This document shows positions 25,756 through 39,680 of a stretch of DNA of 64,000 nucleotides, one piece after another. The translations under genes were made by a program, and so were the position numbers. A model generated the notes under the pieces. It did not search any database. It worked only from the letters and a program-made list of their open reading frames with translations, and was not told where the DNA came from. Origin of the DNA: Octopus vulgaris (lineage: Eukaryota). The stretch lies in the NCBI GenBank assembly GCA_951406725.2, contig OX597822.1, forward strand, positions 1,612,001 to 1,676,000. Direction: 5' to 3'. Position 1 is the stretch's first letter, and each line of letters starts with the position of its first letter.

Positions 25756-27010
25756 CATGTCTACAGTAACAGGTATTATTGCAAAAGTCGTTTATGAGTA
25801 GTGCTTTCCACATTGACACATCAATGACTTGAATTGAACGGCTTATTTAGTGTGTAATGTGTTTACCATTTCATATTTATCACAGAACCACTTCATCAGA
25901 TAGTGTTTATAATTTAATATTTGCCGTGTAATATGCCTGTCATACATACGTATCATCTCCAGTTATCGCAACCAACACCTTGCAAAAGTCGAAGTGATAA
26001 ACTTACCGCCAGAAATATCCATCATCTGCCCGATAGCGTCCGTCTGCGCGGGTATAGAGGAAGATGAGGCCATTCTGGAAGTAAAGAAAATACCTCAACA
26101 AAATTAGTCAGGAATAGATATGAAACTGATGATACAAACCAGCGAAAAATACATTGACGAAGTTTCTCACCTGACAGACCTCTCGGATGGTACCCACCTG
26201 TCAGTGATAGTGGAAGGAAGGAAGGCAAGATGCCACACTTAAAGGCTTTCTGCCTTCAAACAAAGAAGAAAAACCACCCACTGTTGCCAACATCACAAAT
26301 GCAAAATCAAAGAAAAGATCTAAGGACTCCAACGCCCACCCCCAAACAAAACAGGTCCCAGGATCCCACGGAAAAGCAAGCTTCTCCTGAACACCGTGCT
26401 TTCCAAACCTACAACAGCAATGACATGGAGAAAGAAGAGCAGTCCAAACTATTAATCACAGTCACAAAAGGAGGCAGGTTTAAAGCAGAAGAGGATGCAT
26501 AACCCCATTACGAGAACACATAAAAAAACCCCCACAAAATCCACAACAGCAGCCCAATTCATAACCAGTCCAGCAACAACAACAGCAATAGCATCAGCAA
26601 CAACAACAACAAAAGAGAAACATAGAAACAATAAATAATGAAACTGTAAAGCAGCAAAATATTTCAAACTGTCCACAAAATGTAACCAAAACTTTTACTG
26701 TTCTGCATAAAACCAACAGTAAATTGGTGGATTATTGAAATCAGAACGAAAGCAAAATCGAGACAGATGGGAAGGAATTTGAAGATTTCATCCTCAAATC
26801 CCCGAAAGACAGACCACTGATGAAGCATCTGAATTCATAAAACATTCGGGAAAAATTCTTGGCTAGCATTAGAAGTTTTTTTTAAGATAACAATTGATCA
26901 TAAGAATTTAGAAGGGCCTCTTAGAAAAAATTTCGCCGGTAAAGAGGCCCGGAACATCCCGGCTTCTAGAAAATCAAGATGTGTGACCTATTTTTCTTTC
27001 TCCAACTAGC

Positions 27011-28560
27011 ATGACTGCGCTGAGATAGGGGTGCGTGAATGTGCGTGGCATGAGATTAGCTTGAAAGTAAGCTCATTTTATCATCGATGTCAGGTCGCTC
27101 GAGTTAGATGTGACAGCCATCAGCCAGACCAGTATTTCTAGTGTGCACACACTAGCACCCATATTCAACGACTTTGATATTTCTTAAATAGTGGTGGTGT
27201 ATCAATGCTGTCCGGAAATTCTTAGGTCTCAGAGTACGGACAGTATTCTCGAATCCGAACGGTAGTTTGGTGGTACAAGACGTGAATAGCAGCGAAGGTG
27301 GCGGCTTTAGTCTGGTGGCCATATATAACTCGACTGGAGTAGGAAAGCCAGATTTCTTCAGACGTCTCTAAACATTCATGGGAATGTTTCGCTCTTTAGT
27401 ACTAGTGGGGACCTGGTACTGTATTTTGGACGCACGGAATGTCTGTGTGAGGCTAATGCATAGAAGGGGATGAAAAAGCCTCGAAAATTTGTTCCGAAAC
27501 TTCTAGTTATCTGACTGGTATCGACTGATTTCCCTGATGTGCCAGTCTCGATATGGACCAAACATAACGGGTCATACAGATCGCATCTAGATATTGTATC
27601 TGTAAGGCCATCGGATTGGAATAGCTTGGTCCTCAACTTAAATTGGTCGGCTACACAGACCACGAACTCGCTTTAGATACAAGCCGTAGTCGTAGTCCCA
27701 GTTAATGGGAGTTGAATGCGTTATTACTGGTCCGCAAAAAGCTACAGGGACCGAATTAGTGAACTAGTTAGTTAAATAGTTAGTTAAATAGCAGTTAAAT
27801 AGTTTGTTAAATAGCAGTTGAGGGTGTCGATCGTTAACCACCAATAGTGGATCTTGCTGAAGGGGGCGATTAGAGAAGAATTGATAGCGTTTAGCAAAGA
27901 GCAAGAAATAAATTAGAGGGAGAACCAGTTGCCTAACAATCGAAGTCCTAGAGGCGAGTAAAGGTATCACAACCGATGTGGTTGGGGCGAGAATGGCCCT
28001 TGGCCATTTTTTCGAGGTGAAACAGAGAGGCGGCAGTATTAGGGCTAAGGCACGTGCGCTCAAACACGAGGGTACGAAAGCAGTCCAATGGATCCAAATG
28101 GTCGAAATTGATATGGCAGCATAACCATGATTAGGTCTTTGAAGGAACAGAACGGGTATGTGCGACTCGGTTTCAAACAGATATACGTCTTTCCCGTGCA
28201 GCTGCTTGAGGAGGGTGATTGGTCGATGACGGCAGTGGACTTTAGTTCGTACGCGGACGGCTAACCGCGGGTTTTGACATCGAACACAAGGTTCTGGGAA
28301 AGGCCAATAACAGCCACTGAAATACAGGAAGTAATGACCGAAATGCTCAATTTGAAAACCGCTCAGATTGGATGATTTGCCCTATGAATTCTATCAGTTC
28401 GCGCCAGATTGGTTTAGTGGTCCCTTGGAAGACCTTTGATGTAACTAGCAAAAGAACCGGAGAATTCCTAGTGCTATTAGCCGAGGTGTGGTAACGCTGC
28501 TGAGGAAGTGCGTCGACAAAGGAGACGCAAAAGGAAATGGTTCAGACCGTAACTCTACTA
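27011..28560 (+). pseudogene. Tx1/L1-clade LINE ORF2 remnant (APE endonuclease to start of RT); possible ORF1 relic upstream (~26000-26900)
   Basis: Frameshifted motifs: VNVRG, LDVTAISQT, SLVAIY, LVGD, RSHLDIV, GYTDH, WELNALL, LDDLPYEFY (GLDGLPYEFY) and [10 protein letters not shown]. Truncated by a microsatellite. Confidence 0.8.
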
Positions 28561-28606
28561 AACATATACATACATGCATACATACATTATACATACATAC
28601 GTGCGT

Positions 28607-28756
<150 letters not shown>

Positions 28757-28764
28757 CATATATT

Positions 28765-28963
28765 CGAAGGGTTGCTGAAAGGTTCCTGGCTTTGAGTAAA
28801 AAAGCAATATAGGGGACGATCAGTTAATTATGATTTTATTCAACGCATTCTCCTCTCAGATTACCACAACGGTCCTTCAGTTATTCTAAGACTTGTAAAG
28901 GAACTCGGACTTCCAGCCACGCCTTTGGCGAATCCTGAAACAAGAACGCTTCAGCACCTCTCG
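28765..28963. mobile_element. Mariner-derived MITE
   Basis: Imperfect TIRs CGAAGGGTTGCTGAAAGGTTCCTGGCTTT and AAACAAGAACGCTTCAGCACCTCTCG in a TA context. Confidence 0.65.
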
Positions 28964-29232
28964 TGTATATATATATATATATATACATGTATATATTATT
29001 AATAGCTAGGGAATATAAAAATTCCAAGCCAACGGGGTAAAAAATTCAATTTAGCACACTAAATCAAAAATTCACAATATATTATATATAGACGTTTAGT
29101 TTTGTTTTGTGATTTTTAGATTAAGAATTATAAATTATAATATATTTAATTAATTTCTCTGTAGGTATTATAGATAATATCTTTCCAGTATTGTTGGAAT
29201 AACTAAAGAGCGGTCCGTCTCTAAATTCTCTG

Positions 29233-29327
<95 letters not shown>

Positions 29328-29876
29328 GCGTAATACAGTAAACTGATAAAAGCAGATTTACACAAAAGGAGAAAATGGGACATAAACAGAGCTCGGGGTA
29401 ATACACGATACATATAAATATAATAGGATATTTTAAACAATAACGAAATGCAGTTACATATAATTGATGACAATGAATAGAAAAAGTGGCCTCGTTTTCC
29501 GTAATCATTATAGAATCAGGTAAGTAATATTAGCGGTGACTTATGCTCAAGGGGTAATCGAGAGCTATTAGATTGTATAATGGATGTCCTCTGGCGGGAC
29601 ATCTCGTAACCTCAGTGTATTTGTATTAGCTAGACGATATGTTTTGATTTTGTTCTGTCTCCTAGGAAACACTTAGCACAAACATGACTGACATCTGTAT
29701 GCAAATATGCGTTTGCATATTTATATCTATATCAGTATCTATATATATATATGTGTGTATGTGTGCATGAAAGTATAGATAATTTATTTTTCTATATATA
29801 TGTGTGTAATTGTGTATGTATATATATATGTATATATATATATGCATCTATATGTATCTATCTATCTATCTATCTA

Positions 29877-29955
<79 letters not shown>

Positions 29956-29985
29956 CCATAAATATATTTGTATTTATGTACCCAT

Positions 29986-30058
29986 CTGGTATATTCAACT
30001 GACGAAGGCAGAGCTTATTTGAAGCAAAGCCAGAAATCCAGGATCTTGAATTATCCAG
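29986..30058 (+). ncRNA. Type I hammerhead ribozyme-like motif (family E)
   Basis: CTGG.TATA.TTCAA-CTGACGA-A-GGC(AGA GCTT ATTTG AAGC AAA)GCC-A-GAAA-TC(CAG)GA-TC-TTGAA.TTAT.CCAG; predicted cleavage after AUC at 30045. Confidence 0.7.
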
Positions 30059-30289
30059 TAAAAGTCTTTTTTGCTAGTTTATTTTTTGTCTCTGTCTCTT
30101 ATCTCATGGCGCGATATGAACATTTAAGGTGGTTTTTAGGGCCAGTGTTTTGACTGCTATTTCGGCATGGTGGTATCTCTCAGATACTCTTATTTATAGT
30201 TTTAAATAGTTATTACCTTTGTATGGTATTTATTCCCATGCTGGCTACTTGATAAGATCGATATTTAAATATCGATATTATCCTATATA

Positions 30290-30355
<66 letters not shown>

Positions 30356-32299
30356 ATATATATTACATATATATGAAGACATGAGTATGTCAATGTATAT
30401 TATATTTACGTATATATTTATGTATTCATATATAGTTATGTATGTGTGTGCATGTTTACGCATATATACATACGCATCCATATTTTTTAATATTGCTGTG
30501 TATTGTTGTGGTACATATTTATGTTTATGAGAGAGAGAGAGAGAAAGAGGGTGAGAGAGAAGAGAGACAGGAAAGAGAGGGGAGAGACATGTAGATAGAG
30601 AGAGGATTGAGACGGACAGAAGAGAGTAATAGATGTGCTGATAAGTTACTCCTCATATAGTATTGTGTTCACATACAACGAATGTGTTGAGGTCGTTGTT
30701 CTTTTAAGGCTGTAATAAATAAATGGAATGTATACTTTATAGACAATGAAAATAAATAAAGAAAATACCATAAAAAGTGTATATTTAATGAACAGCAATA
30801 AAAATAGTCACTCTCGATATGTATTTATTTTCGAGGCTTGATGTGGTCAGGTGGAGTTTTCTACACATGAAGAAAGCATTAAAAGTTATCAAAAGAAGGC
30901 TCACAAACCAAAATATATTCCACTCATTCATGAATCGTCCTAAGAGTCCCATTTACAGGAAATAATGTAGAATGTTGTACGTTTTGAGTTCAATTTCCGC
31001 CGAGGGAAATTTTTGACTTTCATCTTTCCTTCTGGAGTCGATAATAGAAAGTAGCATTTTTGATCGGTGGATTGCCGGATTTATGAAAGTCTTGGGTCAT
31101 ACTTCTTGTGGTACCAGTTCCATTTCTGCCTTTTGGAGTCATCTGCGATGGCACTGGTACTGCGCTGTAATGGCCAAGGCCTTTTATTTGAGAGAGAGAC
31201 ACACACACACACACACACACATTCAGCTTTTCGCTTTTATTCATTACTTTTTTCTCTTTTAATCGTTTGTCACTATTTATCAGGTTTTAGTTTTTGTTTT
31301 TGTTTTGGGGGTTTTACCAGTTACACATAGTACCAAGAATTTGCTTGGTGTCGTCAAAGTGGAAAAAGTGTTTTTTAAGTTATTGAAAATTTGAAATAAA
31401 AAGGCATAGTTTTTTTTTAACTGACCGTCGCAGAGATGTGGAAACATGGCTACTACTCGTTAATTTCAAATTTAACTCGCCAAAGAGAAATTGCTTTCTA
31501 GTGTCTCTTTTCTCCAAAACGCTCCCACCCCGAGCTCCAAATCCCCCCTGTTGAGAACCTTTAGTCTAGATTTTTATCTCAAGAAAGTTGTTTATGTGTA
31601 CTGGTCGGTGGTGAGAGAAGCAATTAACGCCAGGCCAGCCTAGTAAGTTATCAAAAGTGATGGGACTATACGTCGGCTTAATCTTCGCAAATTGGGCAAA
31701 GCATAGGGTGGTAATAATGGAGTGAGTGATGGGGAGGGGATGATAGGGAGAAGAAGTAAGATAGAGGAAGCTGAATTTACTCAGATTCATCACCGTATTA
31801 AAGGCCTTGAGAAATAATGGAATAAAATTTTAAAATAAAATAAAATTGGGGTGGTAATCAAATTACAATAGAAAAAAAGGGGGACTATTATAATTTAGAA
31901 TCGTTATAATAAGCAAAAATGCTTGTTCTAAAAAGGCCTCTAAGAGATCAACGCAGCAGTTGTGCTGACAAGTAATATTCGTAGCCACTTTAAGATGGCA
32001 TTCCGTTCGTGCCGACTCTTCTACGATTTTTTAAACCCGAGAGGACATCTCCTCAGGCTGGTTAACAATTCATAGCCGGGTCCGATAAAATTATGAGCAC
32101 GGGAGCAAGCCCCTACCATCTCCTGGCGACGGGACCATTAGACCAGTCCTGGTTTTGGGCTATTTCTGCCACTCCTCAGTACTGCACAACTCGTCTGCAA
32201 GAGATGATAGCAGCCCGCTTCTGCACGCAATATATGTATTTCAAGCGAACACACGGACGTACACGCACGCACGCACGCACGCACACAGAGAGTACGTTT

Positions 32300-32950
32300 A
32301 GATATTTTTACCTTACTTTTCATCTGCATTTTCATCTTGGGAAAAAGAAGTAATTTTGCAAGCGTCAAATCTGTCGAATAGGGCGGGTGCGGAAGCGATA
32401 CCATGTTTTCGGCGAGAAACGCACGTTCTCGGAGAGTTCGGTGACGAATCCAATTCTTCACGCTCCACAGATCCGGTTGCTTTCACCGAATGTCATCCCT
32501 CAAACGCTCCAAAGAGTCCCAGTAGATCTTTCGATTGACGGTCTCGCCTTTGGGAGGGAGAGTATTTTCGATGTACAATACCACATTTTAGTGGGTGCAC
32601 TCGTGGCAGGTTTTCCAGATTGCTCATCGTCTCTCAGAGAGGTTCTTACGCTTTTGAAGCGCCCACAACGTACCATCCATTGTCTCGTCGCTGTAAGGTT
32701 GCCGAAGAATGCTCAATGTCTCTGTAACAGTCTTCCCAAGTTTAACGCAAAATTTTACCTTGGCTCTTTGTTCCTGTTCATAACAAAACCACAGACGACA
32801 GCATACACGTGATAACAAAAACACAGAGAAATCAGTCGGTACATTGCCTCATGAAGGTCACTACTAGCTCTCATTGCATACGTAACCGTGTGCTGTCATC
32901 TGTTGGCGCACTGCAGAACTTGGCCGAAAACGTTTTGATACCACGGCCTA
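32300..32950 (-). pseudogene. Internally deleted mariner transposase relic
   Basis: EQRAKVKFCVKLGKTVTETLSIL (N-terminal HTH) and FLAENMVSLPHPPYSTDL..LFPKMK. TIR-like sequence at ~32920-32950. Confidence 0.9.
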
Positions 32951-33451
32951 TACATTCATGGAATTCAGCTCGTGAATGAGTACATCTACTACCTTATCTC
33001 AGGAAGTTCGTGCAGATGTACCAAGCGTCAAAAGGTTCCTGAGAGGGAATCTGTTTTGAGTGGATAAAGTGTTGTAAAAAACATTGAACCCACTTTTCAG
33101 CGAGTGTTATAACAGAGATTGAGACGAACAGAAACCAACAACACTTCGGGGTTTTTTAATACGAGTTCATCTTCTAGAAGGAAGTGCTAACGAGAACTAG
33201 AGTTCCTGCGCTGTTAGTGGTTCACATGCTAATTAATCCCAAAACTGGGACCCCAATAGGTGTTGCTAATCCAAGTCAGAGTAGAATGAGGAAACAATAC
33301 TGTCTAAGAGGTTGTTCCACGCTCTTCAAAATTCGGGAACCACTGGATGCATGCATGCAGGCAGGCAGGCATACATACATACATATATAATTGATATAAT
33401 CGATTGAAACCAATCGCATAATTGCTGGTTCTTTATTGATATTCTTCTGAA

Positions 33452-34150
33452 GGCGGTGAGCTGGCAGAATCATTAGCACGGCGGGGAAAATGCTAAGCGG
33501 CATTTCGTTCACCTTTACGTTCTGAGTTCAAATTCCGCCGACGTCAAATTCGCCGTTCATCCTTTCAGAGTTGAGAAAATAATTACCAGGTGAAGACTGA
33601 GGTCGATATAATCGATTAGCCCTTCCCCCACAAAATTTCAGCCCTTCTGCTTTATTAGAAAGAACTATTAATGTCATTCTTGAAGGTGGCGAGCTGACAG
33701 ATTCGTTAGCACGCAGGTCGAAATGCTTCGTGGCATTCCATCCGCCTTTAGTTTCGGAGTTCAAATTCGGCTGATGTCAACTTTGCCTTTTACCCTTCTG
33801 AGTCGATAAAATAATTACTATTTGAAATCTGGGGTCGATGTAATCTACTCGCCACCTCCCTGAAACTTTATGGCGTCGTGCTAAAAATTTGAAACCATTA
33901 TTAATAATGGATGTTGTTGATGTATCGTATTTCCTTATTACCCACAAGGGGCTAAACATAGAGGGGACAAACAAGGACAGACAAAGGGATTAAGTCGATT
34001 ACATCGACCCCAGTGCGTAACTGGTATCGAACCGAAAGGACGAAAGGCAATGTCGACCTCGGCGGAATTTGAACTCAGAACGTAACGGCAAACGAAATAC
34101 CGCTAAGCATTTCCCCTGGCGCAGTAACGCTTCTGCCAGCTCACCGCCTT
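33452..34150. mobile_element. Cluster of three OK-type SINEs (+33452-33665, +33683-33900, -33929-34150)
   Basis: Each carries the GAGCTG(G/A)CAGA head and the GAGTTCAAATT/central domain. Confidence 0.88.
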
Positions 34151-34270
34151 TTGTTGATGCGTCTTAATTTGCAAGCTATCATGACTGTTGTAGTTGACCA
34201 AGTGGCACATCTGACTGGCGATCCTGTTCATTATGACACTTTCTTCCTCAAGACAAGTACCACCAGCACC

Positions 34271-34641
34271 GTGGAGGCGCAATGGCCCAGTGGTGAGGGC
34301 AGCGGACTCACGGTCGGAGGATCACCGTTTCGATTCCCAGACCGGGCGTTGTGAGTGTTTATTGAGCGAAAACACCTAAAGCTCCACGAGGCTCTGACAG
34401 GGGGTGGTTCGACCCCTGTTGTACTCTTTCGCTCCAACTTTCTCTCACTCTTTCTTCCTGTTTCTTGTCACCGACTTACTACGAAACCACTGAGCCTGGA
34501 TGCGCATTCATCCATCCGCCGATGCTCTCGGTGTCGATGGTTGACCTGCTTTCGCTTCTGCGGGTCTTACGAATAGCAAAGGATCACGTTTCGGACTTCT
34601 CCCATGGACGAAGACTGCTTCGCTCAACAAACAAACAAACA
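34271..34641 (+). mobile_element. tRNA-derived SINE with (AAAC)n tail
   Basis: A-box TGGCCCAGTGG, B-box-like GTTTCGATTCCC and AACAAACAAACAAAC tail; CACCAGCACC on both flanks is a possible TSD. Confidence 0.8.
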
Positions 34642-34908
34642 AGCACCAACACCAGCACCACCATTACCACCGACACAAAATCTGTTTATTTAATCTACAC
34701 ACAGCTCAGACGGAAACAAAATATCAGGTTCATAGGTGTGTACTGATTTGAAAAGAAGAACAATAAAATGGTTAGAAATGGGTCACGTGTCAGGATGTCG
34801 TTTTCCGTGTTGACTCAGAAGCGTTTACATCGCTTCTTTTTTGATAATGTTAAAATTTTCCCTCCACCATAACATTAATTTTTGGCTCTCCTATTATCGT
34901 CCACTCCC

Positions 34909-34909
34909 T

Positions 34910-34976
<67 letters not shown>

Positions 34977-34980
34977 GCTG

Positions 34981-35024
<44 letters not shown>

Positions 35025-35048
35025 GCTACTACTACTACTACTACTACA
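34909..35048. repeat. (TAC)n microsatellite
   Basis: Directly visible. Confidence 0.97.
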
Positions 35049-35168
35049 ATTGCTACACCTACTGGTGTTGTACATGTTCGTGTAGGTATATAAACGCACA
35101 CACATACATATATACAAATATACATACATTTATACACATATATGCATATGCTTACAAATTTATGTGAG

Positions 35169-35225
<57 letters not shown>

Positions 35226-35421
35226 GCACTCACACACCCACGCATTTATATGTATATATTAAATAATGAGGGTAGAAATTGATATTAATTAATTAACATC
35301 AATTTAAACCAGTGGTCTAGCGCATTTAAAAAAAAATCCGAAGATTTAAAAATTATAAGACGAAGGACCACTAAAATAGTCATTCCCCTTATTAATTGTA
35401 ATATATGTATGTATAAGTATA

Positions 35422-35583
<162 letters not shown>

Positions 35584-35626
35584 GTTTACACATACATGTA
35601 TGTAAACTGAATAATTGTACATACAC

Positions 35627-35682
<56 letters not shown>

Positions 35683-35710
35683 CCTATCTATCTGCCTATT
35701 TAACCATGAA

Positions 35711-35764
<54 letters not shown>

Positions 35765-35817
35765 TATATTATCATTTAACTGAACGCCACACATCTATTT
35801 CCAAGCACACACACACG

Positions 35818-35877
<60 letters not shown>

Positions 35878-37029
35878 TGCACATGTGTGGAGGAGTAGAG
35901 ATATGCGCAAACGCGTCTTTTTATCCGCGGCTGATCAATAGATTGATGGTAGCTCACAGGTTTATGCGAAGCCACACACGCATTCACAAGGCACGCATAC
36001 ATACAAATACGATTTTCTAATTGTACACGCATTTATTTAACTTGCTAATGGGAGCAAATATTGACACTGCACCAGGTACAAGTATATGTACGTGTATATT
36101 CCTTCGTGTGGAACAGGTGCGCTTTCCTTCCTTTTTCTGTATGTCAACAGCATAGCTAAGAATGCACTCCTAGTCTTAGTTCACCCATTTGAAGTGTTGT
36201 AATATTTAAATATCTAAGTAGAGAAATTATTTCTAAGTTATTCTAATTTATGCTGTTTGGTGTTATAAAATGGATGTGTATATTGTTGATATTATGTTCT
36301 GTCGAGTTCGGTATGTATCTGTTACTGCTTTATATGTAGCATGGATCGGCATAAACGTCTCTATGGTTTGCAGCACACATACATTATCAAACGTACGTGT
36401 GAATAAAGAAAAGAAAAGGTCAAGTGCTGGTTGCCAGTGAAGCGCAAAGTGTATTACTATAGAGGTAGGATGCCTGTTGGTGACAGTAATAGCGAGGGAC
36501 CTAAGAGAATATCTGTAAAGCGAAACATTTAGCTTTTTTTCAGACAGTGATACAAAGTTTATTTGGTTGACAAGGGATTGCCGGTAAGATGTACTTTTCA
36601 GATGAGAACAAGAAGAGATCCAATTTCCTGCTTCGCGTTTAAGCAATCACGTTAGTGTATCACTATATGGTGCTTTTCAGATAAACCCAGAAAACATTTG
36701 AAACCACTAGTGTATGAGCGTGGTGTCTCTTAAATCGACTTGTTCATACTTCTTTCTTCTGTCTTCTTGCCTGAACGGCGTTGGTCAAAACTCTACTTAA
36801 TTTTTATAGTTAGACTTAAACGTAGTTTATTTTTAGATACGCATTTGTTGAGTTGGGCTTATTGCATAGCACGTGACACTTACTTCTACTCGATTTGAAC
36901 TACTTAACACATAATCATATGTATACATACATACATACATACATACATACATTCATACATACATACATACATACATACATACATAATACATACATGCATA
37001 CATAATACATACATACATACATACATACA

Positions 37030-37060
<31 letters not shown>

Positions 37061-37068
37061 GTACGCAC

Positions 37069-37352
37069 ACAGGGTGGCCCAAAAGTCATTAGACCAATTT
37101 AAAATATAAGTCTTTTGCAATTAATTTTTTCAATTTATTTGATTCCGATTATTGACATGTAATGGAAAAGAGTCATAGAGCAGTTCACGGCAGAGTAACA
37201 GATAAAAATAATCGAGGTTTATCTACAAAATCAAGGATCAATTCTGCTCCCCAAAGAGCCAACGATCGTCAGTGATTGTGATACTCAACTTATTCGAGCC
37301 GTTTCAACAACAGTGAGCCGTGATTGATGTCCCACGTGTCGGAAGACAACAA
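37069..37352 (+). mobile_element. 5' fragment of Tc1/Tc3-like transposon
   Basis: TIR-like CAGGGTGGCCCAAAAGTC, then a decayed N-terminal HTH (EQFTAE*QIKIIEVYLQN..VIDVPRVGR). Confidence 0.55.
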
Positions 37353-37384
37353 CCACCAATGGCTTAGCACAACATTCACTGCGC

Positions 37385-37576
37385 ATGTCTTTGTGTCTGT
37401 GTTTGTCTCCCTATTACTGCTTGACAAGCGATGTTAGTGTGTTTACGTCCCAGTAACTTAGCGGTTCGGCAAAATAGACCGACAGAATAAGAACCAGGCT
37501 TTAAAAAGTAAGTACTGGGATCGATTCATTCGACTAAAAGTATTCGCAGTCTAATGACTGAAACAAGTAAACGATA

Positions 37577-37580
<4 letters not shown>
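37385..37580 (+). mobile_element. OR-type SINE 3' half
   Basis: GCTTGACAAGCGATG..AACTTAGCGGTTCGGCAAAA..ATGACTGAAACAAGTAAA. Confidence 0.85.
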
Positions 37581-37665
<85 letters not shown>

Positions 37666-37801
37666 GTTAAACGGAGAAAGAAAACAGATGAAAACTAGGT
37701 GAAAACATAGACAGAAAAGAGAGACAACAACACTATACAAGGAACGTTCGCAACTGACTTTCTTATCAGTTGGAATCCGAGACGTTATAGTAATATTCCG
37801 A

Positions 37802-37846
<45 letters not shown>

Positions 37847-37903
37847 CATATGGTATAGTTACAAACGGGGCAAAGTTTTAGCCATTTCTCAGCAGACTGA
37901 AAA

Positions 37904-37969
37904 AATGATGAACACCCTTAATCGATTTTCGAACTTTATTGGGTTCTCATCAGAGGTGTCTACATCATT
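37904..37969 (-). ncRNA. Type I hammerhead ribozyme-like motif (family F)
   Basis: Minus strand AATGATGTAGACACCT-CTGATGA-GAAC(CCAATAAA)GTTC-GAAA-ATCGAT-TA-AGGGTGTTCATCATT. Fully canonical core with palindromic stem III AATCGATT. Confidence 0.72.
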
Positions 37970-38732
37970 CTGACATTCTCCAGAGAAATAATCAGCCAAA
38001 CTGTATATATACTCAACAAATGCAGCAGTTACAGTATTTATATATGTGTGTTACTCTATTTATATATGTATGTACATACATATATATAAACATATATGCA
38101 TACGTACACGCAGACATAATCATTAAAATATTTATATATATATTTTAAAATACTTTTATAGACTTTATCATTTAAAACGCTTAAAGAAGACGATTAATAA
38201 TGTATCTTGGTGTGGAAATATGTGAGTATATGTGTTATATATTATGATAACTGTGAGAAGAAGCATATAAATGGATTTAGTACGGCTGAGACAGAACGAG
38301 AGGACAAGAGTAAAGTGCAAAGAAACGTACAGTGTGCAAACTGTAAAAGGCAACAATAAAACGATTGGTAAAATTGAAGAAGTATTAGAAGAAAAAGCAG
38401 GAATAAATACATTGCGTATAAATTTGCGAATTGTAAAATGTTAGCTGACTTCAGCTAATTTTTTGATAGATTAAATACCACAGCATAATAGATAAAGCGT
38501 GTATTTATATGGAATATGCAAGACAAAGATCGAATGTAAAAAGAAAGAAGAAAAGTTGGGAAGAAGATGTAACAGCATTAAAATTTACGAGGGGAGAAAA
38601 ATAAACTCATATAGCATGTACGATGTTTAAAGGAAAATAAAGAAATGAGAGTCGGAGAGAGCATAAGAAGAAAAGAAAGGTAACGTTGTGAGAGAAATAT
38701 TTTATTGGAGAAATATATCTGTATATATATAT

Positions 38733-38897
<165 letters not shown>

Positions 38898-38898
38898 G

Positions 38899-38934
<36 letters not shown>

Positions 38935-39274
38935 GTATGTATATACATATATTTATATTGACAACAGAGAGTGCACAGCTGATCGATATTTCAATAAAAT
39001 AAAACAAACCTAAAATTCGTTGCAAGATTCAATATATAAAAAACAGATTCAAGTTATTTTGCAGTTATGCCGAAAGGAAAAAAATTCGTTTACCATTTTT
39101 TTTTTTTTGTTTTTTACTTTTCATACAAAATACTTTTGAATAACTCATATCTTACATAGAAACGCTGATTCCAAATTGCAGGTTAGTAGAAGTCTAACTA
39201 AGTAGTATATCGTACTTTAAAGAAATTTCAATACCATGAAATAGTTTTAAATAAATTCCACAGAAACTATTGGT

Positions 39275-39680
39275 TTGAAATTCTGGCACAAGAACAGTAA
39301 TTTCTGGAGAGGAGTTAAGTCTATTAGATCAACCCCAGTGATCAACTGATACTTATTTTATCGACTCTGAACGGATGAAAGGCAAAGTCAACACCGTCAG
39401 TATTTCAACTCAGAAGTAAAGACAGACGAAATACCACTAGGCATTTTTGCCCGGCTTGCTAACGATTCTGCAAGCTCGCCGTCTTAATTCCACCAAAGTA
39501 AAAAAAAAAAAAAAGAAATTGCTTTAGATATAGGCACAATGTCTGAAATTTGGGGTAGTCGATTATATCGACCTTAGTGTACAAGTTTGGTGGATGAAGT
39601 TTATTACATCGACCGCAGTGCTCAACTGGTAGTTATTTTATCGATCCCAAAAAGATGAAAAGCAAAGACGATCTCGGTAA
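39275..39680 (-). mobile_element. Two tandem OK-type SINE copies
   Basis: GGATGAAAGGCAAAGTC..CTAACGATTCTGCAAGCTCGCC, plus a partial second copy. Confidence 0.75.

Noticed and set aside
31980-32100. Possible HDV-like ribozyme around GGCATTCCGTTCGTGCC
   Set aside because: Could not assemble the P1/P1.1/P2/P4 nested pseudoknot.
34271-34345. tRNA-like sequence
   Set aside because: It has A/B boxes but no complete cloverleaf, and it continues into a SINE body and tail.
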